Below are positions 22,904 through 35,065 of a DNA stretch of 64,000 nt, one piece after another. This stretch comes from a bacterium (GTDB lineage Bacteria > Zhuqueibacterota > Zhuqueibacteria > Oceanimicrobiales > Oceanimicrobiaceae): the NCBI GenBank assembly GCA_046757165.1, contig JBHHXT010000001.1, positions 65,989-129,988 on the forward strand, given 5' to 3'. The notes under the pieces were generated by a model. The model worked only from the letters and a program-made list of their open reading frames with translations, was not told where the DNA came from and did not search any database. Every line of letters begins with the position of its first letter. Within the stretch, counting starts at the first letter, position 1. The position numbers and the translations under genes were made by a program.

Positions 22904-23890
22904 CTATTCTGTATCGCCCTTGAGATACTTGTCCGTATCCAATCCGAACCGCAACCCCTTTTCCTCGAGAATCTTTGTCAACTCCTGAAGCGACTTTCGC
23001 CCGAAATTACGGAATTTGAGCATTTCCTGCTCGTCGCGCTTCACCAGGTCGCCTATCGTTTTGATGTTGGCGGCCATCAGGCAGTTATAGGATCGGACGG
23101 ACAACTCCAGCTCATCTACGGGCATCTTCAGCAGTTTGCGAACCTGCAGAATCTCTTCATCTACTTCCACCGGCTCCTCTTCCTCGGGCTCGATGTCGAA
23201 GTTGATAAAGAGCTGAATGTGGTCTTTCAAGATTTTTGCGGCGTAGGTCAGCGCGTCATCTGGCGTCACGCTGCCATCTGTCTCAACGATGAGGGTCAGC
23301 TTCTCATAGTCGGTGCGGTGTCCCAGGCGAGTATTCTCGACCTGGTACGTTACCTTCTTGATGGGAGTGAAAATGGCGTCGATGGGTACGGCCCCTATCG
23401 GCTGGTCTGCCATCTTGTTCTCCTCGGCGGGAACGTAACCGTGTCCGCGAGAAATCTTCAGCTCGATGTCAAACTTCGCGTCCTCATTCAAGGTTGCAAT
23501 GTGTCTGTCAGGATTGAGTACCTCGAATTCGGTGGTTCCGTTCTGGATATCCCCCGCCTTGAACTCACCTGGGCCTTTCAAGCCAACCACGATCTTGTCT
23601 GGCCGTTTGCTCAATAGCTTGAATCTGACTTCTTTGAGATTCAGAATCATGTCCGAGACATCTTCAACAACGCCAGGTATGGTGGAGAACTCATGCAGCA
23701 CGCCATCTACCCGGATCATTGAAATGGCTGCGCCCGGCAAAGAGGATAGCAAGATTCTTCTTAGAGAATTGCCGATGGTCACGCCGAATCCTCTTTCCAG
23801 CGGCTGTAACACAAATTTCCCGTAGGTGTTGGAATAACTTTTTTCATCAATTTCAATACTATCTGGCATTTGAAGGTTGGGCCAATTCAT
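22904..23890 (-). CDS. rpoA: RNA polymerase alpha subunit
   Basis: PLERGFGVTIGNSLRRILLSS, LELSVRSYNCL, NFGRKSL. Confidence 0.99.
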   Translation of the reverse strand: MNWPNLQMPDSIEIDEKSYSNTYGKFVLQPLERGFGVTIGNSLRRILLSSLPGAAISMIRVDGVLHEFSTIPGVVEDVSDMILNLKEVRFKLLSKRPDKIVVGLKGPGEFKAGDIQNGTTEFEVLNPDRHIATLNEDAKFDIELKISRGHGYVPAEENKMADQPIGAVPIDAIFTPIKKVTYQVENTRLGHRTDYEKLTLIVETDGSVTPDDALTYAAKILKDHIQLFINFDIEPEEEEPVEVDEEILQVRKLLKMPVDELELSVRSYNCLMAANIKTIGDLVKRDEQEMLKFRNFGRKSLQELTKILEEKGLRFGLDTDKYLKGDTE

Positions 23891-23923
23891 ACCTAAAACT
23901 CTCCGTGGAATCTAAATGAATCC

Positions 23924-24553
23924 TTACTTGGAATATAATTCTACGATCAAAGACTCGTTGACTTCGAGCGGGATATCTGCTCGGCTCGGATTGCCCAACA
24001 GGGTACCTTTCATTCCCGCTTTGTCCAAATCCAGCCACGCCAATAGTTTTCCTTCACGAATCTTCTTCATGGAATTGTGAATGATTGCAAGTTTTTTGCT
24101 TTTGTCTTTTACCTTGATCACGTCGCCCGGCTTAACGACATAAGACGGGATATTCACCAATCTGTCGTTGACCAGGAAATGCCGATGCAGCACAAGCTGC
24201 CGGGCGGTGCGACGAGAAGGGGCAAACCCCAGACGATAAACCACATTGTCCAACCGCCTTTCAAGCAACTGCAACAGCACCTCGCTGGTGATTCCCTTGG
24301 CGCGATCTGCTTTCACAAAATAATTTCTGAACTGCGTCTCCAACAGACCATACATCCGTCTGACTTTTTGCTTCTCACGCAGTTGAACCAGGTACTCGGA
24401 CGGTTTGAAACGACGTCTTGTTCCATGCTGTCCGGGAGGATAGGATTTTCTTTCCAGCGGACACTTTGGCGTATTGCATTTTGAACCTTTCAAGAACAGC
24501 TTTTGCTCTTCTCTTCGACAAAGCCTGCATACTGGACCAGTATATCTAGCCAT
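23924..24553 (-). CDS. rpsD: 30S ribosomal protein S4
   Basis: [32 protein letters not shown]. Confidence 0.99.
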   Translation of the reverse strand: MARYTGPVCRLCRREEQKLFLKGSKCNTPKCPLERKSYPPGQHGTRRRFKPSEYLVQLREKQKVRRMYGLLETQFRNYFVKADRAKGITSEVLLQLLERRLDNVVYRLGFAPSRRTARQLVLHRHFLVNDRLVNIPSYVVKPGDVIKVKDKSKKLAIIHNSMKKIREGKLLAWLDLDKAGMKGTLLGNPSRADIPLEVNESLIVELYSK

Positions 24554-24574
24554 TTGGAATAATACTCCTCTTAA

Positions 24575-24964
24575 TTAGACTCTTCTCCGCTTCGGTGGCC
24601 TGCAGCCATTATGCGGAATAGGCGTAACATCCTTAATGGCTGTGATCTCCAGGCCCGCTGCTTGTAGGGAGCGAACAGCAGATTCTCGTCCGGAGCCAGG
24701 TCCTCTTATCAAGACCTCAACACGCTTCAGGCCGAGCTCCATCGCTTCCTTGGCGGCTGTCTCAGCAGAAAGCTGGGCGGCAAACGGAGTACTCTTTCTG
24801 GAGCCCTTGAACCCAATCTTGCCTGCAGAGGCCCAGGAAATAACATTACCATATTGGTCGGTCAAAGTGACAATGGTATTGTTGAACGTTGCTTTGATAT
24901 GAGCAACCCCATTGGCTTCAACCTTCTCTTTTTTCTTTGATTTTGATCTTTTTGAAGGTGCCAT
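24575..24964 (-). CDS. rpsK: 30S ribosomal protein S11
   Basis: [25 protein letters not shown]. Confidence 0.99.
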   Translation of the reverse strand: MAPSKRSKSKKKEKVEANGVAHIKATFNNTIVTLTDQYGNVISWASAGKIGFKGSRKSTPFAAQLSAETAAKEAMELGLKRVEVLIRGPGSGRESAVRSLQAAGLEITAIKDVTPIPHNGCRPPKRRRV

Positions 24965-25000
24965 GAACCTATATCCTCCTCGAGGTAATGACCCGGCGTA

Positions 25001-25369
25001 TCATCTGCGACGTCCACCCACAGCAGGCCTTCTGCCACGTCGTGTGCGTGCATTGGTGTGCGTCCGCTGGCCTCTCACAGGCAACCCTTTGCGGTGTCGC
25101 AGGCCGCGAAAACACCCGATGTCTTTGAGCCGCTTGATGTTCATCGAAACCTCGGTGCGTAGCGCGCCCTCGACTTTGTAGTCCTGAGTAATGATTGCTC
25201 TGATCTTGGCAACGTCGTCATTGGACAGATCCTTCACACGAATTTCCTCGCCGACTCCGGCCTGAGCGAGAATATTTTTGGAGCTCGACAATCCAATGCC
25301 AAAAATATAGGTCAAGCCAATCACGACGTGCTTATCCTTGGGTAAATCAACTCCCGCTATTCTAGCCAA
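25001..25369 (-). CDS. rpsM: 30S ribosomal protein S13
   Basis: (M)[21 protein letters not shown] start after GGAGG. Confidence 0.98.
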   Translation of the reverse strand: MARIAGVDLPKDKHVVIGLTYIFGIGLSSSKNILAQAGVGEEIRVKDLSNDDVAKIRAIITQDYKVEGALRTEVSMNIKRLKDIGCFRGLRHRKGLPVRGQRTHTNARTRRGRRPAVGGRRR

Positions 25370-25412
25370 AACAAACCTCCACACATATTCAGAATTCTGG
25401 TTGCAGATGAAC

Positions 25413-25526
25413 TTACCCCTGGCGTTGCTTGTGCCGGGGGTTCTTACATATCACCATCACTCTGCCTTTTCGACGAATGATCTTGCAACTATCGCAGATG
25501 CGTTTTAGAGACGAACGAACTTTCAT
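25413..25526 (-). CDS. rpmJ: 50S ribosomal protein L36 (not in ORF track)
   Basis: Manual translation [37 protein letters not shown]. Confidence 0.98.
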   Translation of the reverse strand: MKVRSSLKRICDSCKIIRRKGRVMVICKNPRHKQRQG

Positions 25527-25533
25527 GACGTCC

Positions 25534-25752
25534 TCATTTATAACGATAAGTAATTCTGCCTCGGCTCAGATCATATGGCGAAAGCTCGAGTGTCACCTTG
25601 TCGCCTGGCAGAATCTTGATAAAGTGCATCCTCATTTTGCCTGAAATATGCGCAAGGACCTTGTGCCCATTTTCCAATTCGACCCGAAATGTTGCGTTGG
25701 GCAATGTCTCGAGGATTGTACCGTCGACCTTTATCGGAGCTTCTTTCGCCAT
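25534..25752 (-). CDS. infA: Translation initiation factor IF-1
   Basis: [26 protein letters not shown]. Confidence 0.99.
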   Translation of the reverse strand: MAKEAPIKVDGTILETLPNATFRVELENGHKVLAHISGKMRMHFIKILPGDKVTLELSPYDLSRGRITYRYK

Positions 25753-25756
25753 AGGA

Positions 25757-26506
25757 TTAATTGATCACTGTTAAGATTTCGGAGCCATCATCTGTCACAA
25801 CAACGGTGTGCTCAAAATGCGCAGAAGGCAAGCCATCGGAAGTCACTACAGTCCAATCGTCGACGAGTGTGTTGACTTCATAGGTCCCCATGTTCACCAT
25901 AGGCTCAATTGCCAAAACCATTCCTGGTTTCAAACGTGGACCGGTATTAGGCTTGCCATAATTCGGAATCTGCGGATCCTCATGTAGCTTTCTGCCAATC
26001 CCGTGTCCGACCAGGTCCCGCACAACCGAAAAATCTGCCTTCTCTACTTTTTGCTGAATGGCATGCGAGATATTGGAGAGCCTTGCACCCGCTTTGACCT
26101 GATGCACACCGTCGTGCAGGGACTCCCAGGTGACATCTAAGAGACGTCGCTTTTCCGAACCAATCTCCCCGACGGCATAGGTTCTCGCACTATCGCCAAA
26201 AAAGCCCTCGCATTCGACACCGATATCAATGCTGACAATTTCCCCCTGCTTCAAAACCCGCCTCCCGGGAATGCCGTGAACGACTTCATCCTCAACCGAG
26301 ATACAGCAACTGGCCGGGAAGCCGTTATATCCTTTGAATGCCGGGCGCGCCCCTTTAGAGGCGATGAATCTGTCGATTTCCCGATCAATCTTCTGAGTCT
26401 CAACCCCCGGTTTGATCAAGTCTTCTACGATGTCCAGAGCCGCAATAACAATTTGACAGCTATGCCTGATGAGGTCAATCTCTCGTTTGCTGCGAATGTG
26501 AATCAA
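25757..26506 (-). CDS. map: Methionine aminopeptidase type I
   Basis: VVHGIP, GHGIG..LHEDP, AIEPM, SAHFEHT. Confidence 0.97.
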   Translation of the reverse strand: MIHIRSKREIDLIRHSCQIVIAALDIVEDLIKPGVETQKIDREIDRFIASKGARPAFKGYNGFPASCCISVEDEVVHGIPGRRVLKQGEIVSIDIGVECEGFFGDSARTYAVGEIGSEKRRLLDVTWESLHDGVHQVKAGARLSNISHAIQQKVEKADFSVVRDLVGHGIGRKLHEDPQIPNYGKPNTGPRLKPGMVLAIEPMVNMGTYEVNTLVDDWTVVTSDGLPSAHFEHTVVVTDDGSEILTVIN

Positions 26507-26507
26507 T

Positions 26508-27845
26508 TTAGAATCTACGCCTGCCTTTGATCCTGCCAGTATTTTTCATAAAGCCGTCATAGTGACGCATGAGCAAGTGTGACTCCAGTTGCTGCAGCGT
26601 GTCCAACGCGACGCCAACAATAATCAAAAGTGATGTTCCGCCATAGAAGGAGGCAAAGTTGAAGGAAACGTTCACAAACTTTGTGATAATGTATGGCATG
26701 ATGGCAACGAACGCCAGACAAATTGAGCCCGGAAGCGTGATTCGTGTCAAAATGTTGTCGATAAACTCAGCGGTCTTCTTCCCCGGTCTCACGCCCGGGA
26801 TAAAGCCGCCGTACTTCTTCATATTGTCCGCCACATCAACGGGGTTGAATGCGATCGCAGTATAGAAGTAGGTGAAAAACACGATCAGCACGCCATAGAC
26901 CGTCCAGTAGACCATCGATTCAAAATCAAAATATCGCGCAAGCGTGTTCATGAAGTCGCTATTCGGAAAAAAAGTCAGGACCGTCTGCGGAACAAACATG
27001 ATGGACTGCGCGAAAATGATCGGCATGACGCCGGCGGTATTCACCCGCAACGGGATGTGGGTACTCTGGCCGCCATAAATCTTTCGGCCCACGACCCGCT
27101 TGGCATATTGAACAGGAATCTTGCGTGTCCCCTGTGTCAAGGCCACCACTCCCGCAATCGTCAGCAGCATGACAGCCAACAAGAACACCTCGGTCAGAAG
27201 AGCTCGGTTGCCACCGGCGATCTGCTGATACTCATCCAACATCGCGTTCGGAAAAGTGGCGACAATTCCAATAAAAATAATCAAGGAAATACCATTGCCA
27301 ATGCCACGCTCCGTAATTTGCTCGCCCAGCCACATGATCAGAATTGTTCCTGCTGCCAGGGTAATCATGGCGAGCAGCGTGAATCCCAAACCGGGGTTCG
27401 GGACGACCGCGAGACCAGAATTAGTCCGAATACTCTCCAGGAAGATGCTCACACCATAGGCCTGCATACCAGAAATAAAGACGGTGCCATAGCGGGTATA
27501 TTGCGTGATCTTCTTACGACCTTCCTCACCTTCCTTCTGCAGTTTTTGAAAATATGGCACCACCGCACCCAAAAGCTGGATGATAATCGAGGCCGAAATA
27601 TAAGGCATAATGCCCAGCGCAAATACCGTGGCCCTGCTGAAGGCACCGCCGGCGAACAGGTCGTACAGGCTCAAAAGTCCACGACCCTGGCTTGCCTCAC
27701 TGAAGAAGGCCATCAAGGCTTCGCTATTGATGCCCGGAATCGGAACGTGACCCCCGATGCGGTAAACCACAAGGATCAGCATGGTAAAAATGATCCGCTG
27801 CTTGAGCTCCGGAATTTTGAACAGACTCTGAAAGCCTTGTATCAT
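26508..27845 (-). CDS. secY: Preprotein translocase SecY
   Basis: FALGIMPYISASII, GIGNGISL, IPGVRPG, GGTSLLI. Confidence 0.99.
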   Translation of the reverse strand: MIQGFQSLFKIPELKQRIIFTMLILVVYRIGGHVPIPGINSEALMAFFSEASQGRGLLSLYDLFAGGAFSRATVFALGIMPYISASIIIQLLGAVVPYFQKLQKEGEEGRKKITQYTRYGTVFISGMQAYGVSIFLESIRTNSGLAVVPNPGLGFTLLAMITLAAGTILIMWLGEQITERGIGNGISLIIFIGIVATFPNAMLDEYQQIAGGNRALLTEVFLLAVMLLTIAGVVALTQGTRKIPVQYAKRVVGRKIYGGQSTHIPLRVNTAGVMPIIFAQSIMFVPQTVLTFFPNSDFMNTLARYFDFESMVYWTVYGVLIVFFTYFYTAIAFNPVDVADNMKKYGGFIPGVRPGKKTAEFIDNILTRITLPGSICLAFVAIMPYIITKFVNVSFNFASFYGGTSLLIIVGVALDTLQQLESHLLMRHYDGFMKNTGRIKGRRRF

Positions 27846-28282
27846 AACACCGTTACCTTCCCGCCGACTTTTTCAATTTTCTCTTTTGCCGATGAGCTAA
27901 AGGCATGTGCCGATATCTCCACCGCGTTGGTGATGGCGCCGTCACCCAGAATCTTGACCGGCACATCTTTCTTGTTGATCAGCCCACTTTCAAACAAGAC
28001 TTCCGGGGTGACCTCCTTCTTGCCTTTCAATCGGTCGAGATCCCTGACATTCAATATCTGAAATTCCTTCTTGAAAATGTTGGTAAATCCACGCTTCGGA
28101 ACCCGGCGCTGCAACGGCATCTGCCCGCCTTCAAACCAGGGCCGCCGCGTTGAGCCAGAGCGCGACCGTTGTCCTTTGTGGCCTCTGCACGACGTGCCAC
28201 CATGCCCCGACCCCTGGCCACGCCCGACCCTCTTTCTTTTGCGGACCGAGCCCGGCGCGTACTTTAAGCTTCCCAGATCCAT
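27842..28282 (-). CDS. rplO: 50S ribosomal protein L15
   Basis: RVGRGQGSG, FEGGQMPL.RRVPKRGF; start reset to ATG 28282. Confidence 0.98.
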   Translation of the reverse strand: MDLGSLKYAPGSVRKRKRVGRGQGSGHGGTSCRGHKGQRSRSGSTRRPWFEGGQMPLQRRVPKRGFTNIFKKEFQILNVRDLDRLKGKKEVTPEVLFESGLINKKDVPVKILGDGAITNAVEISAHAFSSSAKEKIEKVGGKVTVL

Positions 28283-28295
28283 ATCGCAATCATCC

Positions 28296-28487
28296 TTATC
28301 TAACCTCTTGCAGCTCAACCAGGTGAGCAACCTTGTTTATCATCCCTCTGATCTGAAGGGTGTCGTTGTGAACGACAGAATGACGTATTCGTCTCAACCC
28401 CAACGCCCTCATTGTTCGTTTCTGCCGCTCACTCCGCCCTATCACGCTTCGCACTTGCGTGATCTTGATTTTTTTCTTGCCTGCCAT
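28296..28487 (-). CDS. rpmD: 50S ribosomal protein L30
   Basis: [27 protein letters not shown]. Confidence 0.97.
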   Translation of the reverse strand: MAGKKKIKITQVRSVIGRSERQKRTMRALGLRRIRHSVVHNDTLQIRGMINKVAHLVELQEVR

Positions 28488-28492
28488 TGGAT

Positions 28493-29017
28493 TCAAACAG
28501 TAATGGTTTTATTAAACACCTCAGAGACGGACAGGCCACGCTTGCGCGCCACGACGGCGACATCCATCAACTCTGACAACGCCTTCATGGTGGCTTTAAC
28601 AACATTGTGTGGATTGGCCGACCCCATCGACTTGGTTAATATATCCTGAATCCCTGCTGCTTCCACAATCGCCCGGACCGCGCCGCCAGCAATCACCCCC
28701 GTACCCGGCGAGGCAGGCTTCAAGAAGACCTTACCCGCTCCGAACTTGCCCTTGATCGAATGGGGGATCGTCCCGTGGATGATGGGGACGCGAATCAGAT
28801 TCTTCTTGGCATTCTCAGATCCCTTGGCAATGGCGCTCGTCACTTCGTTCGCCTTGCCAAGCCCTGTGCCAACAAAGCCGTTCCCATCCCCGACAACGAC
28901 GATGGCGTTGAAACTAAAGCGTCGGCCGCCTTTTACAACCTTGGCAACGCGGTTGATATTGATGACGCGCTCCTTTAGATCCAACTCACTCGCATTAATT
29001 CTGACGACCTTCTTCAA
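28493..29017 (-). CDS. rpsE: 30S ribosomal protein S5
   Basis: [25 protein letters not shown] start. Confidence 0.99.
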   Translation of the reverse strand: MKKVVRINASELDLKERVININRVAKVVKGGRRFSFNAIVVVGDGNGFVGTGLGKANEVTSAIAKGSENAKKNLIRVPIIHGTIPHSIKGKFGAGKVFLKPASPGTGVIAGGAVRAIVEAAGIQDILTKSMGSANPHNVVKATMKALSELMDVAVVARKRGLSVSEVFNKTITV

Positions 29018-29050
29018 TGATATCTCCAGGTTTGGTTGAGGTTATGGCGC

Positions 29051-29425
29051 TTAGAACTTCAGCCCGTTTTCACGTGCGCCTTCCGCAACAGCTCGTACCC
29101 TGCCATGATACAAATAGCCGCCCCGGTCAAAGACAACGGCTTTGACCTTGAGCGATTTTGCCTTGGCCGCGATGGCCCTGCCAACCAGTTTTGCCGCGTC
29201 CGTCTTCGAGCCTGCCTTTTTGGCATTATCGCTCACATCCGGAGAAAGAGTCGAAACGCCCGCCAATGTCTTGTTGTTGACATCGTCGACCAGTTGCGCG
29301 TAGATATTTCTCGCACTCCGAAAAACTGTCAATCTGGGCCGCTCGCTTGTCCCGAAGATTTTCTTGCGAATTCGCCTTCTTCTTGTTCTACGCCTCAAGA
29401 TACCTTCTGACACTTGCTTTGACAT
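29051..29425 (-). CDS. rplR: 50S ribosomal protein L18
   Basis: [22 protein letters not shown]. Confidence 0.99.
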   Translation of the reverse strand: MSKQVSEGILRRRTRRRRIRKKIFGTSERPRLTVFRSARNIYAQLVDDVNNKTLAGVSTLSPDVSDNAKKAGSKTDAAKLVGRAIAAKAKSLKVKAVVFDRGGYLYHGRVRAVAEGARENGLKF

Positions 29426-29448
29426 ATTAGATAACCTGAACTTGATGT

Positions 29449-29985
29449 TTAAGCAGCAGTTTTGCCTGCTTTTCTTCTGATGTATTCACCCGCATACTTG
29501 ATGCCCTTGCCCTTGTACGGTTCCGGAGGCCGGAATGAGCGAATCTTGGCTGCAACCTGTCCCACCAGCTCCTTATCAATGCCCGTGACAGACAGATTGG
29601 TTGCGCTCACGGCCTTGATCTCAATCCCATCAGGGGGAACAAAAACAATCGAGTGAGAATAGCCTAGCTGCAAGTTTAGTCGATTGTTTTTCATCTCTCC
29701 CTTGTAGCCGACGCCAACAATTTCTAATTTCCTTTCATAAGCCTGGGTTACGCCTTCTACCATATTGAAGACCAGGCTGCGATACAATCCGTGTAACGAC
29801 TTGTGAAACTTACTATCACTCGACCGGGACACAAGAATCTCGCCATCTTTGAGCTCGACCCGGAGCTCTGGATGCAGATCGCGGCTGAGCGTGCCTTTCG
29901 GTCCTTTGACTGACACCCTCCCCTTCTCTATCTTGACTTCAACTCCCTGAGGCACAGCGATGGGATTTTTTCCGACTCGCGACAC
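29449..29985 (-). CDS. rplF: 50S ribosomal protein L6
   Basis: [23 protein letters not shown] start. Confidence 0.99.
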   Translation of the reverse strand: MSRVGKNPIAVPQGVEVKIEKGRVSVKGPKGTLSRDLHPELRVELKDGEILVSRSSDSKFHKSLHGLYRSLVFNMVEGVTQAYERKLEIVGVGYKGEMKNNRLNLQLGYSHSIVFVPPDGIEIKAVSATNLSVTGIDKELVGQVAAKIRSFRPPEPYKGKGIKYAGEYIRRKAGKTAA

Positions 29986-30005
29986 TGAACTCTCCTGAAT
30001 TTATC

Positions 30006-30404
30006 TCACCAAATGTAACAGACGACTTCACCGCCCACGTTTAGCTTTCGGGCATCTCTGTCCGAGATCAGGCCCTTGGGACTTGAAAGAATGGAAATAC
30101 CAAGATTATTGAACACGCGTGGAAGCTCTTTGCTCTTGACATATTTCCTGAGTCCCGGGGTGCTGATTCTTTTCACCCCGTTGATCACACTTTCACCGTC
30201 GGAATCATATTTCAGATAGATTCTAATCATGCCGCTCTTCTTGTCATCGATCAACAAGTAGTCCTTGATGTAGCCATACTCTTTTAGTATTCTGGTGATA
30301 CTCTTCTTGAAGTTCGAGGCCGGAATGTCAACCTTGCGGTGCCTCGCCTGAGCGGCATTTCTAATTCTGGTCAAGTAATCTGCAATAGGGTCTGTCATGC
30401 ACAT
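30006..30404 (-). CDS. rpsH: 30S ribosomal protein S8
   Basis: TDPIADYLTRIRNA, ISTPGLR, VGGEV. Confidence 0.99.
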   Translation of the reverse strand: MCMTDPIADYLTRIRNAAQARHRKVDIPASNFKKSITRILKEYGYIKDYLLIDDKKSGMIRIYLKYDSDGESVINGVKRISTPGLRKYVKSKELPRVFNNLGISILSSPKGLISDRDARKLNVGGEVVCYIW

Positions 30405-30419
30405 GTTCGTAGCCTTATT

Positions 30420-30605
30420 TTACCAACTCGCTTTTGTTATGCCGGGTATTTTCCCTTGAAGCGACAACTCTCTAAAACAAATCCTGCACAAGCCAAATTT
30501 GCGCAGATACGCCCTTGGCCGCCCACATCGTGAGCACCTGTTATAGCCCCGAACCCTGAACTTTGGCTCTCGCTTTTGCTTTGCAATCAAAGATTTCTTA
30601 GCCAA
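30420..30605 (-). CDS. rpsN: 30S ribosomal protein S14, 61-aa Zn-binding type Z
   Basis: RCSRCGR...CRICFRE; TTG start. Confidence 0.98.
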   Translation of the reverse strand: MAKKSLIAKQKREPKFRVRGYNRCSRCGRPRAYLRKFGLCRICFRELSLQGKIPGITKASW

Positions 30606-30628
30606 CTCTGCCCTCTTAAGCTAATTAA

Positions 30629-31192
30629 TTAGTTGAGATTCGTTTTCTTGAAAGGCATGCCAAACGCCGATAGCAACTCGTAGGCTTCCTCATCCGTTTT
30701 GGCGGTGGTGACAACGCATATGTCCAGCCCACGAATGCGATCTATTCTATCATAATCAATTTCAGGGAAAATGATCTGTTCTTTGATCCCCATCGAGTAG
30801 TTGCCGCGTCCGTCAAAGGCGCTGGCGCTGAGTCCCCGAAAATCGCGAATTCTTGGAATATCGATATTGATCAACCGGTCGAGAAACTCATACATGTGCC
30901 AGCGGCGCAAGGTCACCTTGCAGCCGACCTTATTTCCTGCCCGAATCTTGAAATTCGAAATCGCCTGTTTCGCGCGTGTGACAATCGGCTTCTGTCCGGA
31001 GATGACTTCCAGGTCTTCAACCGCTCGGTCCAGAAGCTTCGAATCCTCGACCGCCTCACCGACGCCCATGTTCAACACGATTTTTTCAACCCTGGGGACC
31101 TGCATGACATTCTTATACCCAAATCTCTTCATCATTTTGGGTACAACCTTTTCCTTGTATTCGGCGATGAGCCTTGGTGTGTAATCAGCCAT
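30629..31192 (-). CDS. rplE: 50S ribosomal protein L5
   Basis: [29 protein letters not shown]. Confidence 0.99.
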   Translation of the reverse strand: MADYTPRLIAEYKEKVVPKMMKRFGYKNVMQVPRVEKIVLNMGVGEAVEDSKLLDRAVEDLEVISGQKPIVTRAKQAISNFKIRAGNKVGCKVTLRRWHMYEFLDRLINIDIPRIRDFRGLSASAFDGRGNYSMGIKEQIIFPEIDYDRIDRIRGLDICVVTTAKTDEEAYELLSAFGMPFKKTNLN

Positions 31193-31224
31193 CTTCTCCC
31201 TTCAAAACTTGCGATTCATGGTCA

Positions 31225-31557
31225 TCAATGGTCCTGAATCATTTCGCCCGACTTCTTGGAGAAGCGAACCTTCTGCCGAGAGTGTTTGCCCTCGGCCGCC
31301 AGAAATCCGTACCTGATCCGCGTCGGCTCGCTTGTTTTGGGATCGATCAGCATCACGTTGGACACATGGATGGGCGCTTCCTTCTTGATGATCCCTCCCT
31401 GAGGCATGGTCTGGGAAGGACGCATATGCCGTTTGATAAAATTGACCCCTTCGACGATGATCCGGTTCTTGTCAGGCAAGACCTTCAAAATCTTGCCTCG
31501 CTTTCCTTTGTACTCCCCTGTCAGAACCAAAACTTGATCGTTTTTCTTAATATGCAT
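31225..31557 (-). CDS. rplX: 50S ribosomal protein L24
   Basis: [12 protein letters not shown] motif, EAPIHVSNV; start reset to ATG 31557. Confidence 0.98.
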   Translation of the reverse strand: MHIKKNDQVLVLTGEYKGKRGKILKVLPDKNRIIVEGVNFIKRHMRPSQTMPQGGIIKKEAPIHVSNVMLIDPKTSEPTRIRYGFLAAEGKHSRQKVRFSKKSGEMIQDH

Positions 31558-31582
31558 GGGTACACTCCGCAAACTGAACTCT

Positions 31583-31951
31583 TTACAGGACCTCTGGAGC
31601 CAGAGAGACGATCTTCATATATTGTTTGTCTCTCAACTCGCGTGCTACGGGGCCAAAAATTCGGGTGCCCCTGGGTTCATTCTGATCAGTGATAAGCACG
31701 GCAGCGTTTTCATCGAAACGAATGTAGGAGCCGTCCTTCCGTCTGATCTCCTTCTTCGTCCGAACGATCACCGCCTTGCTTACTTCCCCCTTCTTGACTG
31801 AACTGCCGGGGATGGCGGACTTCACCGAGACCATCACCATGTCCCCGACATGAGCATATTTCCTTTTGGTGCCACCGGGCACCAAGATACACATCACCCT
31901 CTTAGCGCCGGTATTGTCTGCAACCGTGAGCCTGGTATATTGCTGAATCAT
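31583..31951 (-). CDS. rplN: 50S ribosomal protein L14
   Basis: [28 protein letters not shown]. Confidence 0.99.
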   Translation of the reverse strand: MIQQYTRLTVADNTGAKRVMCILVPGGTKRKYAHVGDMVMVSVKSAIPGSSVKKGEVSKAVIVRTKKEIRRKDGSYIRFDENAAVLITDQNEPRGTRIFGPVARELRDKQYMKIVSLAPEVL

Positions 31952-31973
31952 CCTTTCCTCACACTATTTCGAG

Positions 31974-32231
31974 TCACTTGGCCTTGTCGACAATTTCTAC
32001 CAAACGCCACCGCTTTGATTTGCTCAGGGGTCGTGTTTCCATGATCTTCACCCGGTCGCCAATCCGGCACTCATTGTCCTGGTCGTGTGCCATGAACTTT
32101 GACGTCTTTTTGTAGAACTTGCCATAGAGCGGGTGTCGCACCATGCGGAGCTCCGAAACGACAATACTTTTGTCCATCTTGTTCGAGACCACGACCCCGA
32201 CCTTCGTTTTCCTACCACTTCTTTCCATCAT
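31974..32231 (-). CDS. rpsQ: 30S ribosomal protein S17
   Basis: [28 protein letters not shown]. Confidence 0.99.
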   Translation of the reverse strand: MMERSGRKTKVGVVVSNKMDKSIVVSELRMVRHPLYGKFYKKTSKFMAHDQDNECRIGDRVKIMETRPLSKSKRWRLVEIVDKAK

Positions 32232-32461
32232 TCATCCAAGCTATTTTTGTCCTGTTCTTTGCTCTGGCGAATTCCCAATTCGAATTCCCGCAAAACCGTC
32301 TTCAACCGGGCAATATCCTTGCGGACATCCCTGAGCCGCAAAGGGTTGTCGAGCTGATGCATCGCATGCTGAAATCTCAAGTTGTAGAATTCCTCATACG
32401 CGTCGCTCAACTCCAACTCGATATCTTCCTTCGTGAGCTCTTGTATCTCCTGCATCTTCAT
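32228..32461 (-). CDS. rpmC: 50S ribosomal protein L29
   Basis: [19 protein letters not shown]. Confidence 0.97.
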   Translation of the reverse strand: MKMQEIQELTKEDIELELSDAYEEFYNLRFQHAMHQLDNPLRLRDVRKDIARLKTVLREFELGIRQSKEQDKNSLDE

Positions 32462-32463
32462 AA

Positions 32464-32883
32464 TCAGTCACCGAAATCACTTTGACTTACGAATTTGGTT
32501 TTGATAGGCAACTTATGCGAGGCAAGTCGCATTGCCTCTTTGGCTACGTCTTCGGCAACGCCACTCAGCTCGAACATCACCCGGCCAGGTTTGACCACAG
32601 CCACCCAGAATTCCGGCGAACCTTTGCCCTTTCCCATTCGGGTCTCTGCCGGTTTTTGCGTCACAGGCTTGTGCGGAAAGATTCGAATCCAGACCTTGCC
32701 CCCCCTCTTGATGTGGCGGGTCATGGCGACACGAGCGGCCTCAATCTGCCTCGAGGTAATCCAACCGGGCGCCAGGGCTTTGAGTCCGTACTGTCCGAAC
32801 GAGACTTTGGAGCCGCGATTGCTGATGCCCTTCATCCGGCCACGTTGCTGTTTGCGAAATTTTACCCGCTTTGGCATTAACAT
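32464..32883 (-). CDS. rplP: 50S ribosomal protein L16
   Basis: [18 protein letters not shown]. Confidence 0.99.
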   Translation of the reverse strand: MLMPKRVKFRKQQRGRMKGISNRGSKVSFGQYGLKALAPGWITSRQIEAARVAMTRHIKRGGKVWIRIFPHKPVTQKPAETRMGKGKGSPEFWVAVVKPGRVMFELSGVAEDVAKEAMRLASHKLPIKTKFVSQSDFGD

Positions 32884-32895
32884 GTTCGTTTCTCC

Positions 32896-33525
32896 TTAGG
32901 CGCCGATGATTTCGCCCTTGCAAATCCAGACCTTCACGCCGATGGCGCCCTGCTGAGTCGCCGCCGTGACACTGGCGTAGTCGATATCTGCCCGCAATGT
33001 ATGCAGAGGAATTCTCCCATCTTTATAGTGCTCCTTCCTGGCCATTTCCGCACCGCCCAAACGCCCTGAGCAAGCAATCTTGACGCCCTCTGCGCCCATG
33101 CGCATGGTGCCCATGACGGCCTTTTTCATTGCTCTTCGGAACGGAATTTTCGCAGATAGCTGATTTGCAATGTTCTCGGCAACCAGATAGGCATCCAACT
33201 CAGGCTTCTTGATTTCATTGATATTCAACTGAACATCCTTGTCAGAGAGCCTTTGCAACTCTTCTTTCAATTTATCAACTTCAGCGCCTTTTCTACCGAT
33301 GACGATTCCTGGACGAGCCGTGTGAATGGTCAGGGTAATTCGTTGCGGCGTTCGATTGATCTGAATGGCGGAAATAGCGGCATTCTGCAAACGCCGTCTG
33401 ATATACCGCCGCAGCATCAGGTCTTCGGTCAATTTCGTCGCAAACCCCCGTTCGTCATACCAGTTGGACTCCCAGTCCTTGATAATCCCCAGGCGCAAAC
33501 CGATTGGATGAGTTTTCTGTCCCAA
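32896..33525 (-). CDS. rpsC: 30S ribosomal protein S3
   Basis: [34 protein letters not shown] start. Confidence 0.99.
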   Translation of the reverse strand: MGQKTHPIGLRLGIIKDWESNWYDERGFATKLTEDLMLRRYIRRRLQNAAISAIQINRTPQRITLTIHTARPGIVIGRKGAEVDKLKEELQRLSDKDVQLNINEIKKPELDAYLVAENIANQLSAKIPFRRAMKKAVMGTMRMGAEGVKIACSGRLGGAEMARKEHYKDGRIPLHTLRADIDYASVTAATQQGAIGVKVWICKGEIIGA

Positions 33526-33538
33526 GATACCTCCGAGC

Positions 33539-33904
33539 TTAGGCTACTGTTTTTTCAGAATTTTCTGCTGTCGCCACAACAATCGTAATGTGACAAGTTG
33601 GGCGGCGCATCCGCATGGCTCTGCCCATAGATGCCGCCCGAAACCTCCGAAAGCTGAACCCCATATCTACATAGGCTTCTTTCACAAAAAGATGCTCTGG
33701 CTCAACTTTGGACGCCCCTTCGTTATTGAGCATGTTGGCGACGGCGGAGCGCAAAGTTTTCTCAACCGGCACGCACGCAGCCTTCTGCGTAAAATGCAAC
33801 ACGTTGAGTGCCCGGTCAACCGGAATTCCTCTTACGAGGTCTACAACTCGTCTCGCCTTTTTGGGCGACATTCTTACGTATTTCGTAACAGCTCTCGCTT
33901 CCAT
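33539..33904 (-). CDS. rplV: 50S ribosomal protein L22
   Basis: [27 protein letters not shown]. Confidence 0.98.
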   Translation of the reverse strand: MEARAVTKYVRMSPKKARRVVDLVRGIPVDRALNVLHFTQKAACVPVEKTLRSAVANMLNNEGASKVEPEHLFVKEAYVDMGFSFRRFRAASMGRAMRMRRPTCHITIVVATAENSEKTVA

Positions 33905-33925
33905 TGCTCCCTAATTCTTTGAGGG

Positions 33926-34213
33926 TTATTTGCGTCTGCCGGGTTTTTCAGCGGCTCTGCCCCCGTGACCCCGGAAAGTACGTGTTGGAGAAAACTCGCC
34001 CAACTTGTGTCCCACCATGTTTTCGGAGATGAAAACCGGGATAAACTTGTTGCCGTTATGAATCGCCAGCGTATGGCCAACGAAGTCCGGTGTAATCGTT
34101 GACCGCCGCGCCCACGTCTTCAGGACTTTCTTATGAGCGGACCTCTGCATTTCCTGAATTTGCTTCAAAAGCTTTTCGTCCACATAGGGACCCTTTTTCA
34201 CTGAACGTGGCAT
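33926..34213 (-). CDS. rpsS: 30S ribosomal protein S19
   Basis: [21 protein letters not shown]. Confidence 0.99.
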   Translation of the reverse strand: MPRSVKKGPYVDEKLLKQIQEMQRSAHKKVLKTWARRSTITPDFVGHTLAIHNGNKFIPVFISENMVGHKLGEFSPTRTFRGHGGRAAEKPGRRK

Positions 34214-34225
34214 ATCTAACCTTTG

Positions 34226-35053
34226 TTATCTCTTCTTCCGTTTGGTTACAATGTAGTCGTCGGATTTCTTTTTCTTTCTTGTCTTTCCGCCTTTGGCCGG
34301 TTTGCCCCAGGGCGAACACGGATGTCGCCCGCCAGAGCTTCGGCCTTCGCCGCCACCCATGGGATGGTCAACGGGGTTCATCACAACCCCACGAACATGA
34401 GGCCGTTTGCCAAGCCATCTCTTCCGTCCTGCCTTGCCGATGGACACATTTTCATGGTCGACATTGCCGACCTGTCCAATGGTGGCTCGGCATTCTACTC
34501 GAACCATTCTAACTTCGCCGGATGGCAATTTCAACTGCGCGTAGTTCCCTTCCCTGGCGACCAGTTGCGCATACGTACCGGCTCCGCGCGCAAGCTGCCC
34601 GCCCTTGCCCATGACAAGTTCGATATTGTGAACCAGTGTGCCCAACGGGATGTTCTTCAACGGCAAAGCATTCCCGACTCGAATTTCCGCCCCCTCACCC
34701 GACATAAGAGTGTCGTCCACCTTCAACCCCAGGGGCGCGATAATGTAGCGCTTCTCACCATCCTCGTAATGCAAAAGAGCGATATTCGATGTCCGGTTCG
34801 GGTCGTACTCAATTGCCGCGACCCTGGCGGGCACATTATCTTTGTTGCGCCTAAAATCGACCAACCGGTACAGACGCTTGTGCCCTCCGCCCCGAAATCG
34901 GGTGGTTATGTGGCCATGATTGTTACGCCCGCCACTCTTTTTCAACGGCCTAACCAACGACTTCTCTGGTGTGACTTTCGTAATCTCCTCGAAAGTCAAA
35001 ACTGACTTGTGCCGCAGAGTCGGCGTTTTGGGCCTGAAGGTCTTGATTCCCAT
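34226..35053 (-). CDS. rplB: 50S ribosomal protein L2
   Basis: [25 protein letters not shown]. Confidence 0.99.
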   Translation of the reverse strand: MGIKTFRPKTPTLRHKSVLTFEEITKVTPEKSLVRPLKKSGGRNNHGHITTRFRGGGHKRLYRLVDFRRNKDNVPARVAAIEYDPNRTSNIALLHYEDGEKRYIIAPLGLKVDDTLMSGEGAEIRVGNALPLKNIPLGTLVHNIELVMGKGGQLARGAGTYAQLVAREGNYAQLKLPSGEVRMVRVECRATIGQVGNVDHENVSIGKAGRKRWLGKRPHVRGVVMNPVDHPMGGGEGRSSGGRHPCSPWGKPAKGGKTRKKKKSDDYIVTKRKKR

Positions 35054-35065
35054 CTTCGATTCGTC

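Noticed and set aside
22418..23617. Long plus-strand ORFs (399 aa here; also 27057-28061, 34223-35005, 19951-20706, 41519-42271, 12902-13573)
   Set aside because: Antisense shadows of highly conserved minus-strand genes; no recognisable motifs and composition typical of reverse-complement codon bias.
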